This document shows positions 1-13,723 of a stretch of 64,000 bases of DNA, piece by piece. The first letter of the stretch is position 1; each line of letters starts with the position of its first letter. The position numbers were made by a program, and so were the translations under genes. The DNA comes from Octopus vulgaris (lineage: Eukaryota), in assembly GCA_951406725.2 (NCBI GenBank), contig OX597825.1:64790001-64854000 (forward strand), written 5' to 3'. The notes under the pieces were generated by a model. It was not told the DNA's origin. It saw only the letters and a program-made list of their open reading frames with translations, and did no database searches.

Positions 1-949
1 TTATCAGCTAATATCACTCATTAATCAATAAAAGAATTGATACCGACAATCAGAAAACAAAACAAAAAATCCTTTAATTTCATCCGATATACTTTCATTT
101 CCTTTCTAATCTGTATCAATAGTCTTCACCTCTACCCACTCCAACCTCCATCACTTTTCCATATCATATAGAAGTCATCGTTTTCAGAGACGACTATATA
201 ATTTTCGTTAGCAACAACAACGATTGGCGCACCTGTAAAAAAAAGTGTCTGATAATTAATCTTATCTTCCTATTGACATGCATGTCATTTGAGGAGGATA
301 TTTAATACTTTATATATTTATTTGATTTCCAATTCCATTAATTATAGAATGCACATCTCTGTTTTATTATCTCCCGTTAACTATATCACTATATCGCATT
401 TCCTTCCAATATCTCACCCATAATGGAAGCCTTATGTAAATACACACAAACAGAGAGAAGGAGAGAGAGGGAGACAAGGAGAGAGAGGGAGAGAAACGCA
501 CAACGTTATACGTGTGTGAGTGAATTTTCATCAGTGATGGTGGTGAGCAAACCAATTGTGCGGTGAAGTGAACTGCCTACTCTTTGAAGTCACGTATAGA
601 TGGAGTATCCTATAGACGCGTAAAATCTTAACGTAAATCTCAGACTGGAGTAAGTATGATGCAGTGTGTAACAAAGCTGGTACTTCTGAATTACAAGTCA
701 AAGTCATTGTATGGGTTACCAACTTCCATACAATTTCTGCCTCTGAAATTTAATCCTGAGGCATATAAATTTAATCTGAGCATATGGTGGTGGAGACTTG
801 GCCAAGGCGCTTCTCAGAGTAACTGAACACGATATCCTATAGTAGACCACATACGGCTTGCCTTTTTGAGTGTCTGTGTGTCTCTCTCTTCCACTCTCCA
901 TATATGTATATGTGTGTGTTTGTGAGTGTGTGTGCGTGTGTGTCTGTTT

Positions 950-1060
950 AGCAGAAGCAACGCAGTAACTCAAGGACCGAGAGTTTCAGGAGTTGGCACT
1001 TATTTGATAAATGCCAACGCACGAAACTCCCCGCCGCCGAGTTGCTGTGTTGCTTTTACT
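950..1060. repeat. Fold-back palindrome built from a hammerhead-like motif (Penelope-like remnant)
   Basis: agcagaagcaacgcagtaactc..gagtttc..gttggcactta mirrors ataaatgccaacgcacgaaactc..gagttgctgtgttgcttttact; a related single arm lies at 28413-28510. Confidence 0.7.
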
Positions 1061-1280
1061 CTCTTCTACTCTTTTACTTGTTTCAGTCATTTGACTGCAG
1101 CCATGTTGGAGCACCGCCTTTAGTCGAGCACATTGACCACGGGACTTATTCTTTGTAAGCCTAATACTTATTCTATCAGTCTCTTTTGCCGAACAGCTAA
1201 GTTACGGGGACATAAACACATCAGCAGCGGTTGTTAAGCAATGCCAGGGGGAAAAAACACACACAGACACACACACATAC

Positions 1281-1316
<36 letters not shown>

Positions 1317-1489
1317 ACATATATACGACGAGCTTCTTTCAGTTTCCGTCTACCAAATCCACTCGCAAGGCTTTGGTCAGCCCGAGGCTATAGTAGAAAA
1401 CCCTTGCCCAAGATGTCACGCAGTGGAACAGAACCCGGAACCATGTGGTTGGTAAGCAAGCCACTTACCACACAGCCACTCCTGCGCCT
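1054..1489 (-). mobile_element. tRNA-derived CORE-type SINE (family C) with internal microsatellite
   Basis: Minus strand reads aggcgcaggagtggctgtgtggtaag (A box)..gggttc (B box)..cttgggcaag (CORE-like)..(TG)n/(TA)n..tail gcagtcaaatgactgaaacaagtaaaagag; many copies in the window. Confidence 0.9.
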
Positions 1490-1552
1490 AAACATTATTA
1501 TATACGTTCTCATATTTTGTGTTCTATTTTCCTGTTTCCATCACCATACCTA

Positions 1553-1746
1553 TGCACACACACACACACACACACGCGTATATATATATATACATACCTA
1601 TATATATACATACATATATATACATATATATATATATATATCATACGTATATACATACATATATATATATACATACATACATATATCTACATACATATAT
1701 ATATATACATACATACATATATACATACATATATATATGTATATAC

Positions 1747-1803
<57 letters not shown>

Positions 1804-1805
1804 CT
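1553..1805. repeat. Compound (CA)n/(TA)n/(TACA)n microsatellite
   Basis: Directly visible. Confidence 0.95.
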
Positions 1806-2505
1806 ATAACATAATATAATGTAATATAAGCGCGCACACAAACAGAGGAATAGACAGTAAGATAAACAAACGGATAGGAGAAGAGCAAACATATAAGATT
1901 AGTTCATAGATTTCTTGCAAGTAATCTCTATTCTGTTTCTCATATTTTACCATATTGTCTCTGCCTCACACCTACTACACCATACGTTAACAAACAACCC
2001 AATATTCTCCTGTTATACTGTGTACTTTAATTCTGATTTTTGCTTTTGATTATTTCATATCGTGTTGTTGCTTAATGCAATTGTTAAAGTAGGTCAACTG
2101 TCTGAAAGCATCTATCATGACCCTAGCCAAGAAAAGGATTTTAACTTGGCAATCCAAATAAAGTCACGATCGTAAATTTATACAATACTCACCATTTTGA
2201 CATCTCTGTTGTAGTAAACCATCCTAGCTATTTACAGTTAGGTGAAGAATTGAGCCAAGTTAAGAAGATATTGGAAACCAACCTAGTGATTGGCTGTTCC
2301 TGGCACAGAGTTCTGTCCATGACAAAGACAATTAACTATGAATAGATGAGACGGCTTCCCTCTAAATAGGCAGTGTAGCGGCATAATACATTGCTCTATG
2401 CTGTAGCAACGAAGCTAGAATACGTTAGCTTGTAATACCGAGTTCTAAGTTCAATTCGTGAAACCAGAAAAAGGCACTTCTAGTAATTCAATGTTCAGCA
2501 GTTTA

Positions 2506-2507
2506 TG

Positions 2508-2554
<47 letters not shown>

Positions 2555-2741
2555 CATTATTATTATTAGTAGTAGCAGTAGTAGTAGTAGTAGAAGTAGT
2601 GTAGTAGTTGTTGTGGAAGTAGTAGTAGTGTTATCATTATCGTATTATTGTTATTATTACTAATTTTTTTTTATTACTTGTTTTTCTTCTTTCAAATTTG
2701 CTTCCATTTCTTGCCGAGTGTCTTCCCGACTCCTATTATCC

Positions 2742-2794
<53 letters not shown>

Positions 2795-2949
2795 ATTATT
2801 ATTATTGTTGTTGTTGTTGTTATTATTATTATTATCATTATTATCATTATCATTATCACTATTATTATCATTGTTATTATTATTATTATTACTATTATTA
2901 ATATTATTATTATTATCATTATTATTAGTATAATCATTATTATTATTAT

Positions 2950-2996
<47 letters not shown>

Positions 2997-3010
2997 TTGT
3001 CATTAGTATT
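2506..3010. repeat. (ATT)n/(AGT)n/(GTT)n trinucleotide arrays
   Basis: Directly visible; source of the poly-I/poly-Y ORFs. Confidence 0.95.
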
Positions 3011-3019
3011 ATAGGAAGT

Positions 3020-3235
3020 GAGAAACTGGAAAAATCGTTAGAGCGTCGGCTAAAACGCTTGGCAGCATTTCTTCCGGCTTTATGTTCTGGGTGCAAATCT
3101 CACTCAGATCGCCTTTGCCTTTCATCGAATCGGGGTCGATCACATAAGTACGAGTTGACCACTGTTAGTCGATGATGTGGCCTTGCCTCCTCACCTTAAA
3201 ATTGCTGTCCTTATGCCAAGAATTCAAAACAATTA
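3020..3235 (+). mobile_element. Old MetaSINE-like copy (family B, old tail)
   Basis: ctttgccttttcatc..ggggtcgat..taagtac core, aligning with the younger copies. Confidence 0.7.
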
Positions 3236-4599
3236 TTTTCATTGCTGTTCTTGTACGTATTAATAATGTATAGACTGAGACTTCCAAGAGTGCTCTCTAA
3301 ACTTCCATGTAGCAGGAATTTTTTCCTATCAAGAAATGATTTAATCAGATAATAGAACTGCGATTCCCTCCTGCGGTTTTCGTGTGACTATACCAGCAAA
3401 TATTAAATATATTAGCTAATAGTTACAGATTACAGCTTTTGATTAGATTTAAAGCAGCTTAATCGAAGTTGAACAGTAGACCGTCGGTATGTTTTATTCT
3501 GTAGCACCCTGGAAACTCAACTAAGTCTAGTATTCGTCTCTACTTATATCAGAATGCTAAAGTTCTGATCAAAAGACGGAAATTAATCTTAGTCACAGCA
3601 GTGAAAATGATTTACATGTGAAATATCTGAAAGAGGTAAATAGTCCAGAAAGGTACGCTTTCTGAGTAATGAGAGTTCATTATTTAATCTCCATGTAGTA
3701 AAATTACAATAGTTTATGTTCTCACTTTCAGCATTCATCAATATGTAGTTTACTAAAGATTAATCCGATACTATCATGACTTACCATGGTAAAAAGGACT
3801 CTCGTTGCGTAATTGGGTGTTCAGGAAGCTAGCTAAATATTTTGGTGTTTGGAATTTACATAATCTTTAAAATTAAGGTGAAATGAAAACTAGACACTAA
3901 GTGTTGGGTAGTCAACTAACGTTTCTATTCAAACTCAAGTTCTGTTATGTCGTGATAGTTGTAGCCATAACATCGTGACGCAGTTTAGTGAAGACGAAAT
4001 CAGTACTAACGTGCCGTGGAGGCAACACTGACGAACTTGGCATCATTTTGTTCACCGAGGGCAAACTATATTCTAATCTCATACTTTGTCTCATGGGATT
4101 GACGATTGCTATTTTGCATTTAAGCATTTTACTGGGAGAAAAATCAGTTATAAATCTCTCAAGATTGCATCACTGGTTTGATTCAGTAACATTTTTACCC
4201 TTATGCAATCTATTGAGGGCAACTCAATGGTAACTCTAACACTTTGCATCTTGGGGATAAAACAAAATAACCTGGCTGTAACTGCAACAAGTCTAATTAG
4301 GACAAGTCATTCTGCCACGATTCCCTCCAACTCGAGGGATTAGCTGATATTTAGCACAGTAGGCTAACACAACACGTAACATTTTCAAAACATTATGACG
4401 GCTTAGAATGGTATGGATTACTAAGCTAGTTAGTTGCTATTTACAGATCTGCGAACTTTGTTATATGAGCGATAAGTGGCTTCTGCATGAACGCCGGGCG
4501 CGGCTACTACTAAACGATATGAACTAGCAACCATTTGAATGCACCCAGACAAGATCTTCACACGGCTGTCTGCAAATTTATAATTCTATACTTCTGTGT

Positions 4600-4825
4600 G
4601 TGATTATGTAAATACATATAAATATACATAAGTTTATAAGTGTATGGATACATATGTATTCATATAAATGCATATGCATACATACATACATACATACGTA
4701 TATATATACATACATATATACATATATATATATACATATATATATGCATATATATACATATATATGCATATATATGTATATATATATATATATATATATA
4801 CATGCATATATACAAATATATTTAT

Positions 4826-4856
<31 letters not shown>

Positions 4857-4985
4857 CATATGTGGGTGTGTGAGTAAGTATTAACATAAATATGTATGCA
4901 TGTGTGTCGTATGAATATATTCAAACTCACACACACACACACACACATACATGTATATATATATATATATATACATACACACACC
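4600..4985. repeat. Compound (TA)/(CA)/(TACA) microsatellite
   Basis: Directly visible. Confidence 0.9.
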
Positions 4986-5414
4986 CTTATATGCGTGTGT
5001 GTTTTCAATCTACGCACACATAAGTATATACGTAGTAATACTTAATCAATTCGATATACGCATTGTTCCGTTGTTTCTTTCTGCAATTCGCCAAATAATG
5101 CTATTACAGTATTACAAGTGTGTGCTACCAAGTCAACACTTACAACAGCCAAAACTACTATTACCAATGTAGTAATTCTGACACAGTACTATTTGCCAAC
5201 ATCAATTGCACAGACTATTTTATCATTGCTCTCCCTTTTCTGGTGCATCGCACTGTATGTTTTCACTCAATATGCTGACCCTGTAGCAGTTACAAAATTA
5301 CGGAACAATAAAGTAAGTTTTAATCAAGTTATCTAGCACTTTATGCCAGAAGGCAGCGATAGAATCAGCTTCACCCGTTCTACTTTGGATTTCATGCCAA
5401 AGAATTACGAATGT

Positions 5415-6183
5415 ATAGAAAGAAAAGGGAAAAACAAATGCAATAAAATAGAACGGAAGAAAGAAAATAAAAGAAAAAAAAGGAGAAGTGTACAAAGGAG
5501 TAGAATGAAGAATTAGGAAGAAGGTGAATGAAAGAATAAAAGAATAACAGAAGAAATGAAGCATGAAGAATATGCTGAAGAATGAGGATGAAAAGTAGGA
5601 ATGAATGAAGGTGTGAATTAGTGATGGAGTAGAGTGAGTGAAGAAATGAGTAGAGAAGAAGGATGTAGAAGAAGCAAAAGAGGGAGTGAATGAATGAGGA
5701 AGAAGAATAAATGAGTAAGTGACGCATGGGGTGTAAGAAAATGAATAAGGGCAACTCATATGAATAAATGACTTGATGACGGATGGAGAAGCGATAGTGT
5801 GAATGGATGAAAGAGAAGAAGAGAGAATGAATCAATGAATGAATATAGGAATAAAAGGTGAGGAAAAAGCATAAGAGTGAATGAATTAATTGGGGAATAA
5901 TGATGAAGAATGGAGAAGAAGAATGAATTAGTGAATAAAAGAAGTGGAAGAATTATAAGAAGGAATGAATGGAGAAGAAATAGTATGTATGAATGAGAAA
6001 TAATGAATGAATGAATAATGAAAGAGAAGAATGAAAGAAAGAAGAATGGAAATTAAATGATGAATGTTTAAAAAGAAGGAACAAGAAAGAAATAAGGGTA
6101 AGAAGAAAGAAATAATAATGAGAAGAATTAGAAATGATAAGAAGAAGAAGAAGATGATGATGATAATGATGATGATGATGATG
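5415..6183. repeat. Purine-rich degenerate (GAAT)n/(GAA)n low-complexity tract
   Basis: Almost no C on the + strand over about 770 bp. Confidence 0.85.
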
Positions 6184-6185
6184 GG

Positions 6186-6397
6186 GAATTTTGGCATAAG
6201 GCCAGCAGTTTGGAAGGAAGGGACAAGTCGATTACATCGGCCAGAATTCTTGACTGTTACTTCTTTTATGAACCCTCGAATGGGATTAAGGCGAAGTCAA
6301 CCTCGGTAGAATTCGAACTCAGAACTTACACTAGGCTGAAATGCCGCTAAGCATTTTTTTTTCTGCCATGGTAACGATTCTTCTCGCTTGCCGCGTC
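6186..6397 (-). mobile_element. Old MetaSINE-like copy (family B)
   Basis: Head remnant ..tctcgcttgccgc, B box gaattcgaactc, tail ttttggcataaggccagc. Confidence 0.75.
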
Positions 6398-6416
6398 AAT
6401 AATAAAAATAATAATA

Positions 6417-6966
6417 ATCTTTTCTACTCTATGCACAAGGCCCCAAATTTTTTTGGGGAGGGGTCCAGTCGATTAAATCGACCGCAGAACACAACTGCTA
6501 CTTAATTCACCGACCCCGATGAATTAGAACGTAGCGGCAGACGAAATACCTATCTCTTTACTACCCACAAGGGGCTAAACACAGAGAGGACAAACAAAGA
6601 CAGACAAACGGATTAAGTAGATTACATCGACTCCAGTGCATAACAGGTACTTATTTAATCGATCCCGAAAGGATGAAAGGCAAAGTCGACCTCGGCGGAA
6701 TCTGAACTCAGAACGTAGCGGCAAACGAAATACCTATTTCTTTATTACCCACAAGGGGCTAAACACAGAGGGGACAAACAAGGACAGACATAGGTATTAA
6801 GTCGATTACATCGACCCCAGTGCGTAACTGGTACTTAATTTATCGACCCCGAAAGGATGAAAGGCAAAGTCGACCTCGTCGGAATTTGAACTCACAACGT
6901 AACGATAGACGAAATACGGCTACGCATTTCGCCCGGCGTGCTAACGTTTCTGCCAGCTCGCCGCCT
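6417..6966 (-). mobile_element. Multimeric MetaSINE-like element: head + two 184-bp young units + one old-type body
   Basis: Head ggcggcgagctggcagaaacgttagc; core gcctttcatcctttcggggtcgataaattaagtaccag; units at 6550-6733 and 6734-6917. Confidence 0.9.
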
Positions 6967-6982
6967 TAATAATAATAATAAC

Positions 6983-7024
<42 letters not shown>

Positions 7025-7651
7025 GACAACAACAACAACAGCGGCTTTCTTTTGCCGATGTTTTTCTCCAAGAATTCATGTTGATATCCAGGCACATTGC
7101 TTAAAGAATTATCGATTTTTCCAACCTAAACCTGACATTTACGCGTTAGCTATCTATCACTAATACTACTACGACTACTACTACTACTGCTGCTGCGGCT
7201 GCTGCTGCTACTACTACTACTACTACTACTACGACTACCACCAACAATACGATTTCTGCTTCTTTCGTTATTGCTGTTGTAGTTGATAATATTAGTGCTG
7301 TTAATGGCGAGGGTTGTTAGAGGAGATGTTGATGGGGGTTGAGGCGGTGGTGGTGGTGGTGGTGGGGGTGCTGCTGCTGGTAATTGGGGTTCCTACTGTT
7401 GCTGCTGCTGCTGCGGCGGCGGCTACTGATGTTGTTATTGCTGCTGTTGATGCTGCTGCTGTTACGAATACTAGTAAAATGTCAGGTTACTAAAGAAAAT
7501 TACGATTTATTGTACGGTTTATTACGCACTCCAACACACCATCTCTCCCTCCTCTTTTCCCTCTCTCTCTCTCTCTCTCTGTGTGTCTTTCCCTCACATT
7601 GATATTGCACGCGTGCACACACACTTTACGCCACAGAAATCCATACTAATA

Positions 7652-7806
<155 letters not shown>

Positions 7807-8750
7807 TACAACAATTCGTATATTGTTACAAATATTCATTCACGTATTTTGAATATATATTTGCGTACAGGAGTATGCTAATGTAGGCGTTTGTATAAAG
7901 TGCCCTGTACATGAATGGATGCATATGTATAGTCGCAATCTTTTATGTTTATATATGCGTATATATGTCATATGTGTGTGTATGTATGTCTCATCATTTG
8001 TATATGCATACGCACAGATACACAGAGAAAGTACATTCTTTGTTTAAAATTTCTTGTATTGAAATAATACTATTCTGTTCTACTTTTATTTGTTCGAGTG
8101 TTAATTTTCTTAGTTTCGTATGAGCTGCTACTTCTATTTTTTTCTTGTTGTCGGAGAGATGTTAAGAAATTTTCTTAATCTATCACTAAAGATTATATAT
8201 CATCATACACTCAAGTATTTCGCATAAACATTCATATCGCTAATGACAGCTAGGTCGCGTCCTTTTACACCATTGACACAAATATACTACTCATATGCTT
8301 ACATCGAAGCAAAAAAAAAAAAAGAAAAACGTCTACACTGCCTCTCAACTATCAATGGTAATGTATCTAATGTGAGGTTCATTTAGATTCTCTCGCACCA
8401 GCGAAGTACTAAGTGAAGCTAAAGAGATCGACAGTGCGAGACAAAGACTAATCAACAACATATATTATTAATAGACCAACAGAAAAATACAATACGAACA
8501 CGAAGAGAACAATGTAAGAATAATAGTTGAGTGCATTTTAGGTGTATTAAGGAAACTGATAGGAAATCCGATGAAAGTGAAAAAAGAAATAATTTTATAA
8601 AGAGAACGCGTAAAATCGTTTATGATTATTAACATATATTCCCCATTATACATCTTCCATAGTCACTTACTTGTAAAGTAGCTTATAGTGATAGCTTAAG
8701 AATTTCGAAACTGTAGCCGAGGTACACCGCCCCAATATATTATCGTTTAT

Positions 8751-9053
8751 GCGCCCTTTTCAAGCCTAGCCAGGCTCATGAGCCCGGTTTCCCTGCTTCT
8801 GTGGCGTATGTGTTCCCCCCAGCTCGACGAGGCGCCAGTCCTTCGCAGCGTTACTCAAGAAACAGGAAGAAAGAGTGAGAGAAAGTTGTGGCGAAAGAGT
8901 ACGACAGGGGTCGCCACCACCACCCTGCCGGAGCCTCGTGGAGCGTTAGGTGTTTTTGCTCAATAACCACACGCAACGTCCGGTCTGGGAATTGAAACCA
9001 CGATCCTCCGACCGCGAGTCCGCAGCCCTAACCACTGGGCCATTGTGCCTCCA
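8751..9053 (-). mobile_element. tRNA(Arg)-derived SINE (octopus OR-like head) with V-domain-like tail
   Basis: Head tggaggcacaatggcccagtggttaggg..gactcgcggtc..ggtttcaattcc; tail gctgcgaaggactggcgcctcgtcgag. Confidence 0.85.
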
Positions 9054-9621
9054 ATGTATGATACACAACATATTTATGATTGTATTTATAAAATAGATGT
9101 AGGGTTTCCACGCTGTATAAAATATATGGTTGCTCTCTACAGTGGTCATACTACATAGGTTTTATTATGAAATTATCAAATGTCACTGACGTCACTTCTG
9201 GTCTATGTATCTACATTTCAAAACCCCTGGACTATATGCTGACCAGAACACACAAAGCGCCGAAGATAACATCCGATTATAAAACGAGATGTCAGGGGAA
9301 AAATTCCAACCATTTGGTTTCTGGAATTAGGGTGTAAATATATTATTATTTCACAGGTAAGGGTACCCTAAATGTGATTCTAAGTAGAATCGGCGTGAAA
9401 ATGTGACTAGGCGGAGTCTGTCAGTTTCACTTTCACTTACAAAATATGAATCGACTCGAAGATATAGAAAATTGCACTTGTCCAAAGTGACATGTCGCTG
9501 AATTGGTACCATGACGTAGTGGCGGAAAGACGAACTCCAAAACATTCGGCTACACTGTGCCTACTATTATCAGCTGAAAACATTTAAATCTGATAAATAA
9601 ATGAAACGATTTTTCATACAC

Positions 9622-9667
<46 letters not shown>

Positions 9668-9814
9668 TAGATATATAACCTATTCTGTATATATATACAT
9701 ATACGTACAGAATGGGTTAATCATTACCAAAAGCCTGAAACAATAGACAACAAGAAACATTAAACTACATCACAAATTAACACTACATATTAACGTATTA
9801 ATATATCAATATAT

Positions 9815-10019
9815 TGATTTCAAATTTTGGCAGAAAGCCAGCAATTTCTGGGTAGGAGATAAATCAATTACATTGGCCCCGGTGCTCAACTAGTTCTTAT
9901 TTTATCGGTCTCGACAAAGTCTCGACCGCAGCAGGATCCGAACTCAAGCGGTTTGGCCAGACGAAATGCTGCCAAGCATTTTCCTCGGCGTGCTAACGTT
10001 TCTGCCAGCTCGCCGCCTT
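9815..10019 (-). mobile_element. Old MetaSINE-like copy (family B)
   Basis: Ends ctgccagctcgccgcctt; tail caaattttggcagaaagccagc. Confidence 0.8.
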
Positions 10020-10396
10020 AATACATCAACATATAAAAATGAGTGCGCGTTACCTAGTGGATAGTGTTGAGTACTTATGATTGCACCATCGTAGGTTCAA
10101 ATCACCTGTACGGGCAATATCAATTCGATGGAGGCAGGGAACTAATGTGCAGCAGAAATATTTTATCAAAGCATCATTGCAGATTGATCAGCAAGAAATC
10201 GTGGAGGCTTAGTTTATCCGCAAAGACAGGAGAGTCAATGAATATATTAAACTCATTAATATATTTTAGACAAAAATGCTATAATACATAAAATCTTCAA
10301 GTCATTTGGGAAACTGCAGTCTTTAGTTCAGCCACTAATGGTCATTACGTTTCAAAAATTCAGTTACAAATGTGGAAGTTCTAAACTTAATGACTG

Positions 10397-10735
10397 TAAT
10401 TTCGGGGGAGGGTTAATTCGATTACATCAACCCCCAGTTCCCAATTCGAGATTATTTTATCCTGTCCGAAAGAGTGAAAGGCGAAGTAGACCTCAGCGGA
10501 ATTTGAACTCAGAACGTAAAGACGAGCGAAATACCTCTTTCTTTACTACCCACAAGGGGCTAAACACAGAGGAGACAAACAAGGACAGACAGACGGATTA
10601 AGTCGATTATATCGACCTCAGTGCGTAACTGGTATTTAATTTATCGTCCCCGAAAGGATGAAAGCAAAGCGGACCTTGGCGGAATTTGAACTCAGAACTT
10701 AGCGGCAGACGAAATACCGCTAAGCTCGGTGTGCT
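10397..10735 (-). mobile_element. Family B SINE: young 183-bp unit (10535-10717) joined to an old-type body
   Basis: Junction gcgaaatac|ctctttctttactaccc matches the other multimers. Confidence 0.85.
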
Positions 10736-11361
10736 CACAATTAAATCAACTCGATGCTTTATAACTATGGCTGTATTGTCCTTGTAATTATGATACAGTC
10801 TCGCCGGTTTAATGATGACGCAATGCATTGTACAATACAAGAAAATGTAAGTAAACGGGAAAAGAACAGTGGACAGTATATCTCGACGGAATTCCTTACG
10901 AAAATAAACGATTAATTACGGAACCGGTACACGTATCTCGTTACAAAGATAAAAAGAGGATGGTTGAACTGAAAGAAAAAAAAATCACTTTTTCGATATT
11001 GCGGTACTAACAACTACACCGGTAGCATTGGCCCTGGCTACTACTCTAGAACAGAGAACAAAACACACATTATCCTGGGGAAGAATCTTGGAAAGTCAAC
11101 AAACATCTATGATATAGTTAGGAATTTAGCTATCTGAACCTGCAAGGAGTTCGTACTACTGGGAAAATGATAGAAAAAATATTACAGACGCTATTAGACA
11201 AGGTATAGACACATACCACATATGTACACCGAAACAACACACACACACTCACACACACACACACACACACGTAGAGAAATGTTTAACATTAAAACTGTTT
11301 TATTTTAACTTCATATGCGAAGTGCACCAGGAAATTTTCGTTTGATTTCCTTTGTGCCCCG

Positions 11362-11388
11362 ATGTCAAAAAAAGATTGAGAACCACTG
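11362..11388. mobile_element. hAT/Charlie-like terminal remnant
   Basis: ttgagaaccactg is the reverse complement of CAGTGGTTCTCAA; a similar terminus starts at 62823 (cagtggttctaaac). Confidence 0.4.
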
Positions 11389-11812
11389 ATGTAGGGAATT
11401 TAGTATAGAAAAGTTAAATGTTGATGCCGACAAAATTGACATATACGAGAAAGAATGGAATTAAGAATGGGTAACTGGCTGCAATCAAATATGTCTCTAG
11501 ATACCTTCGTACATTAATCCATATAGCTGAGGAAAAATTTAGATATAAAACGAGCTTCTATGTATATCTTTGAAACACTATTTTTCTTTTATCTCAGCGT
11601 AATTGCCTTTTTTTTTAGAAAGGGTGTCTTGTTTACAACTCTCAATAGCCGATACCGCTTTACAATGCACTTTCATATACGGTCTCCGTGTCTGTATCAA
11701 AAGAGAGTTGGAATATATAAGCGTACAGACACAAAAACTGATTTCCTCCCTCTCTCTCTCTCTCTCTGTGTCTCTCTTACTCATAAGCATACGCATACAT
11801 AATACATACATG

Positions 11813-11859
<47 letters not shown>

Positions 11860-12130
11860 ACACACATACACAAACGCACACACAGAAAGAGAGAGATGTA
11901 TGTAATGTGCATACACACATACAGTTATTCTCTAGACAATATTACAGTAAACACTTGCTCAATTTATCTAATATTTCTTTCTACCCAGAAAGCACCCACC
12001 TTCACTGCTCACGCTTTTCCTACAGACATTTATATATATAGTGGTTCTGACTGAAATACCAACCGCCGAGCACCAAAGTGAGAGAGGGCTTGCAAAGGTC
12101 ACGCGCACTACATCTCCTACTCTGATAAAT

Positions 12131-12132
<2 letters not shown>

Positions 12133-12199
<67 letters not shown>

Positions 12200-12297
12200 G
12201 TATACTAATACATCATTCCGCATGTAGCTTTTGATATCACATATATCATTTATCAATCATGTTACGTTATATCTACGTATGTGAAGAAATATACATG

Positions 12298-12333
<36 letters not shown>

Positions 12334-12450
12334 CACACATATATATACACATTCATATACGTATGTATATATGTATGTATGCATGTATGTATCGACGTAT
12401 GCGGATATATATATGTATACACACACATATTCATATATGTATGTATATAT
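12133..12450. repeat. (CA)n tract followed by (TA)/(TATG) microsatellites
   Basis: Directly visible. Confidence 0.9.
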
Positions 12451-13723
12451 TTATACTGAAGTTAAGGGATACACATATGGCATTGGTAGGCAATACATAC
12501 ATTGTCAGCGTGTTTAAATCGAAATTATTGTATTTCTTACATATATATCTGCAAGCTGATATTTGTAATAAAACAGCGAACTAAATGTATTTGTCGGTCA
12601 GAGCTTGCCAGATGTATTCCTCTATTATCCGATACTCTCTACAAAATAACAATGCTTTATTTCCAATGAATAAAGTTTCGTTTGCTTGAAACGACTGTAT
12701 TGTTGTCGATCGAGCCAATATTATTATATGTCTGCTACTCCGTCAGTAGCTAAACGACGTAATCGAGAACTGGGTGTCCAAGCCGATTGTTTGCCGGATA
12801 ACCAGTAGAAAGTGCTGGAATTTCTGTCTTGTTACTAACGATGAAACACAAGTGTTGTTTGGCCAGTCCACTTATGTTTGAATAAGTATTACATGGAAAC
12901 AACACATATTAATGTAAAAAAAAAGAGGATCAGCTCCACAAACGTCTTTTTTTAATGGTTATCTCTAATGGCTGTTTTCAGAAAGTTCATTAATATTCGG
13001 TTATTCTGCTTTTTATATTTACGCGAAGGGCTGCAAAAGTCAAGACCCCTTTGTCCGTTTGCATTGTACGTATATTTGTGGCGTCACATTGTAATGAAGA
13101 TGTAAACGTTTTCGTTCATGTTGGCTCTGTTATATCTAGTAAATTAGAGCGACCACCTAGAGGCTTAGCTCGTTTGCCAGTAATGAAAGAGATTCGAGTA
13201 AAACGATCGATTTCAACTGCTCTACCTCCTATTTTGATCTTGCGCCAAAACAAATAAATATATAATTGATTCATACACAGATATGAATCTACAGATATTG
13301 TAACAGAATAGTGATAAAACTGTAGCTGGGATGTCCATGTATGTGTAAGTAAGTATATGTTTTACTCTTAAATAGCTTTAACCAGCAAGCAAAACTAGGG
13401 TATGGACTACTTCGACGACACCCTCGCATCACATTCGTCACATTTTCTTGTAACAAGGTCAATAGTCAATCCTGTATCGATCTGTCTCATATCAGTCGAT
13501 CGCATCAATTAATTAAGTTTTTAACACCCGCGTTCTCATGCACTTGTTATTATTGTTATTTAGGTGAGCAGAAATATAATCAGAAGCTTTCCAATCATGA
13601 CTAACCCAAATATCTTCCCTAGCATTTTTACCCGGAAAATGTTATCTAATGCATCCGTTTTAACACAATATGTGTGATATATTCAATAAGTCATGCGATA
13701 TCCTAGAAGCACATTCATTTGCT

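Noticed and set aside
1231-1892. Long YI/CV/HT-rich ORFs here and throughout (e.g. 34376-35089, 42272-42816)
   Set aside because: Translations of dinucleotide microsatellites and SINEs, open in several frames at once.
4028-4068. ctgacga-cttgg..ccgag hammerhead-like string
   Set aside because: No GAAA and no stem I or III.
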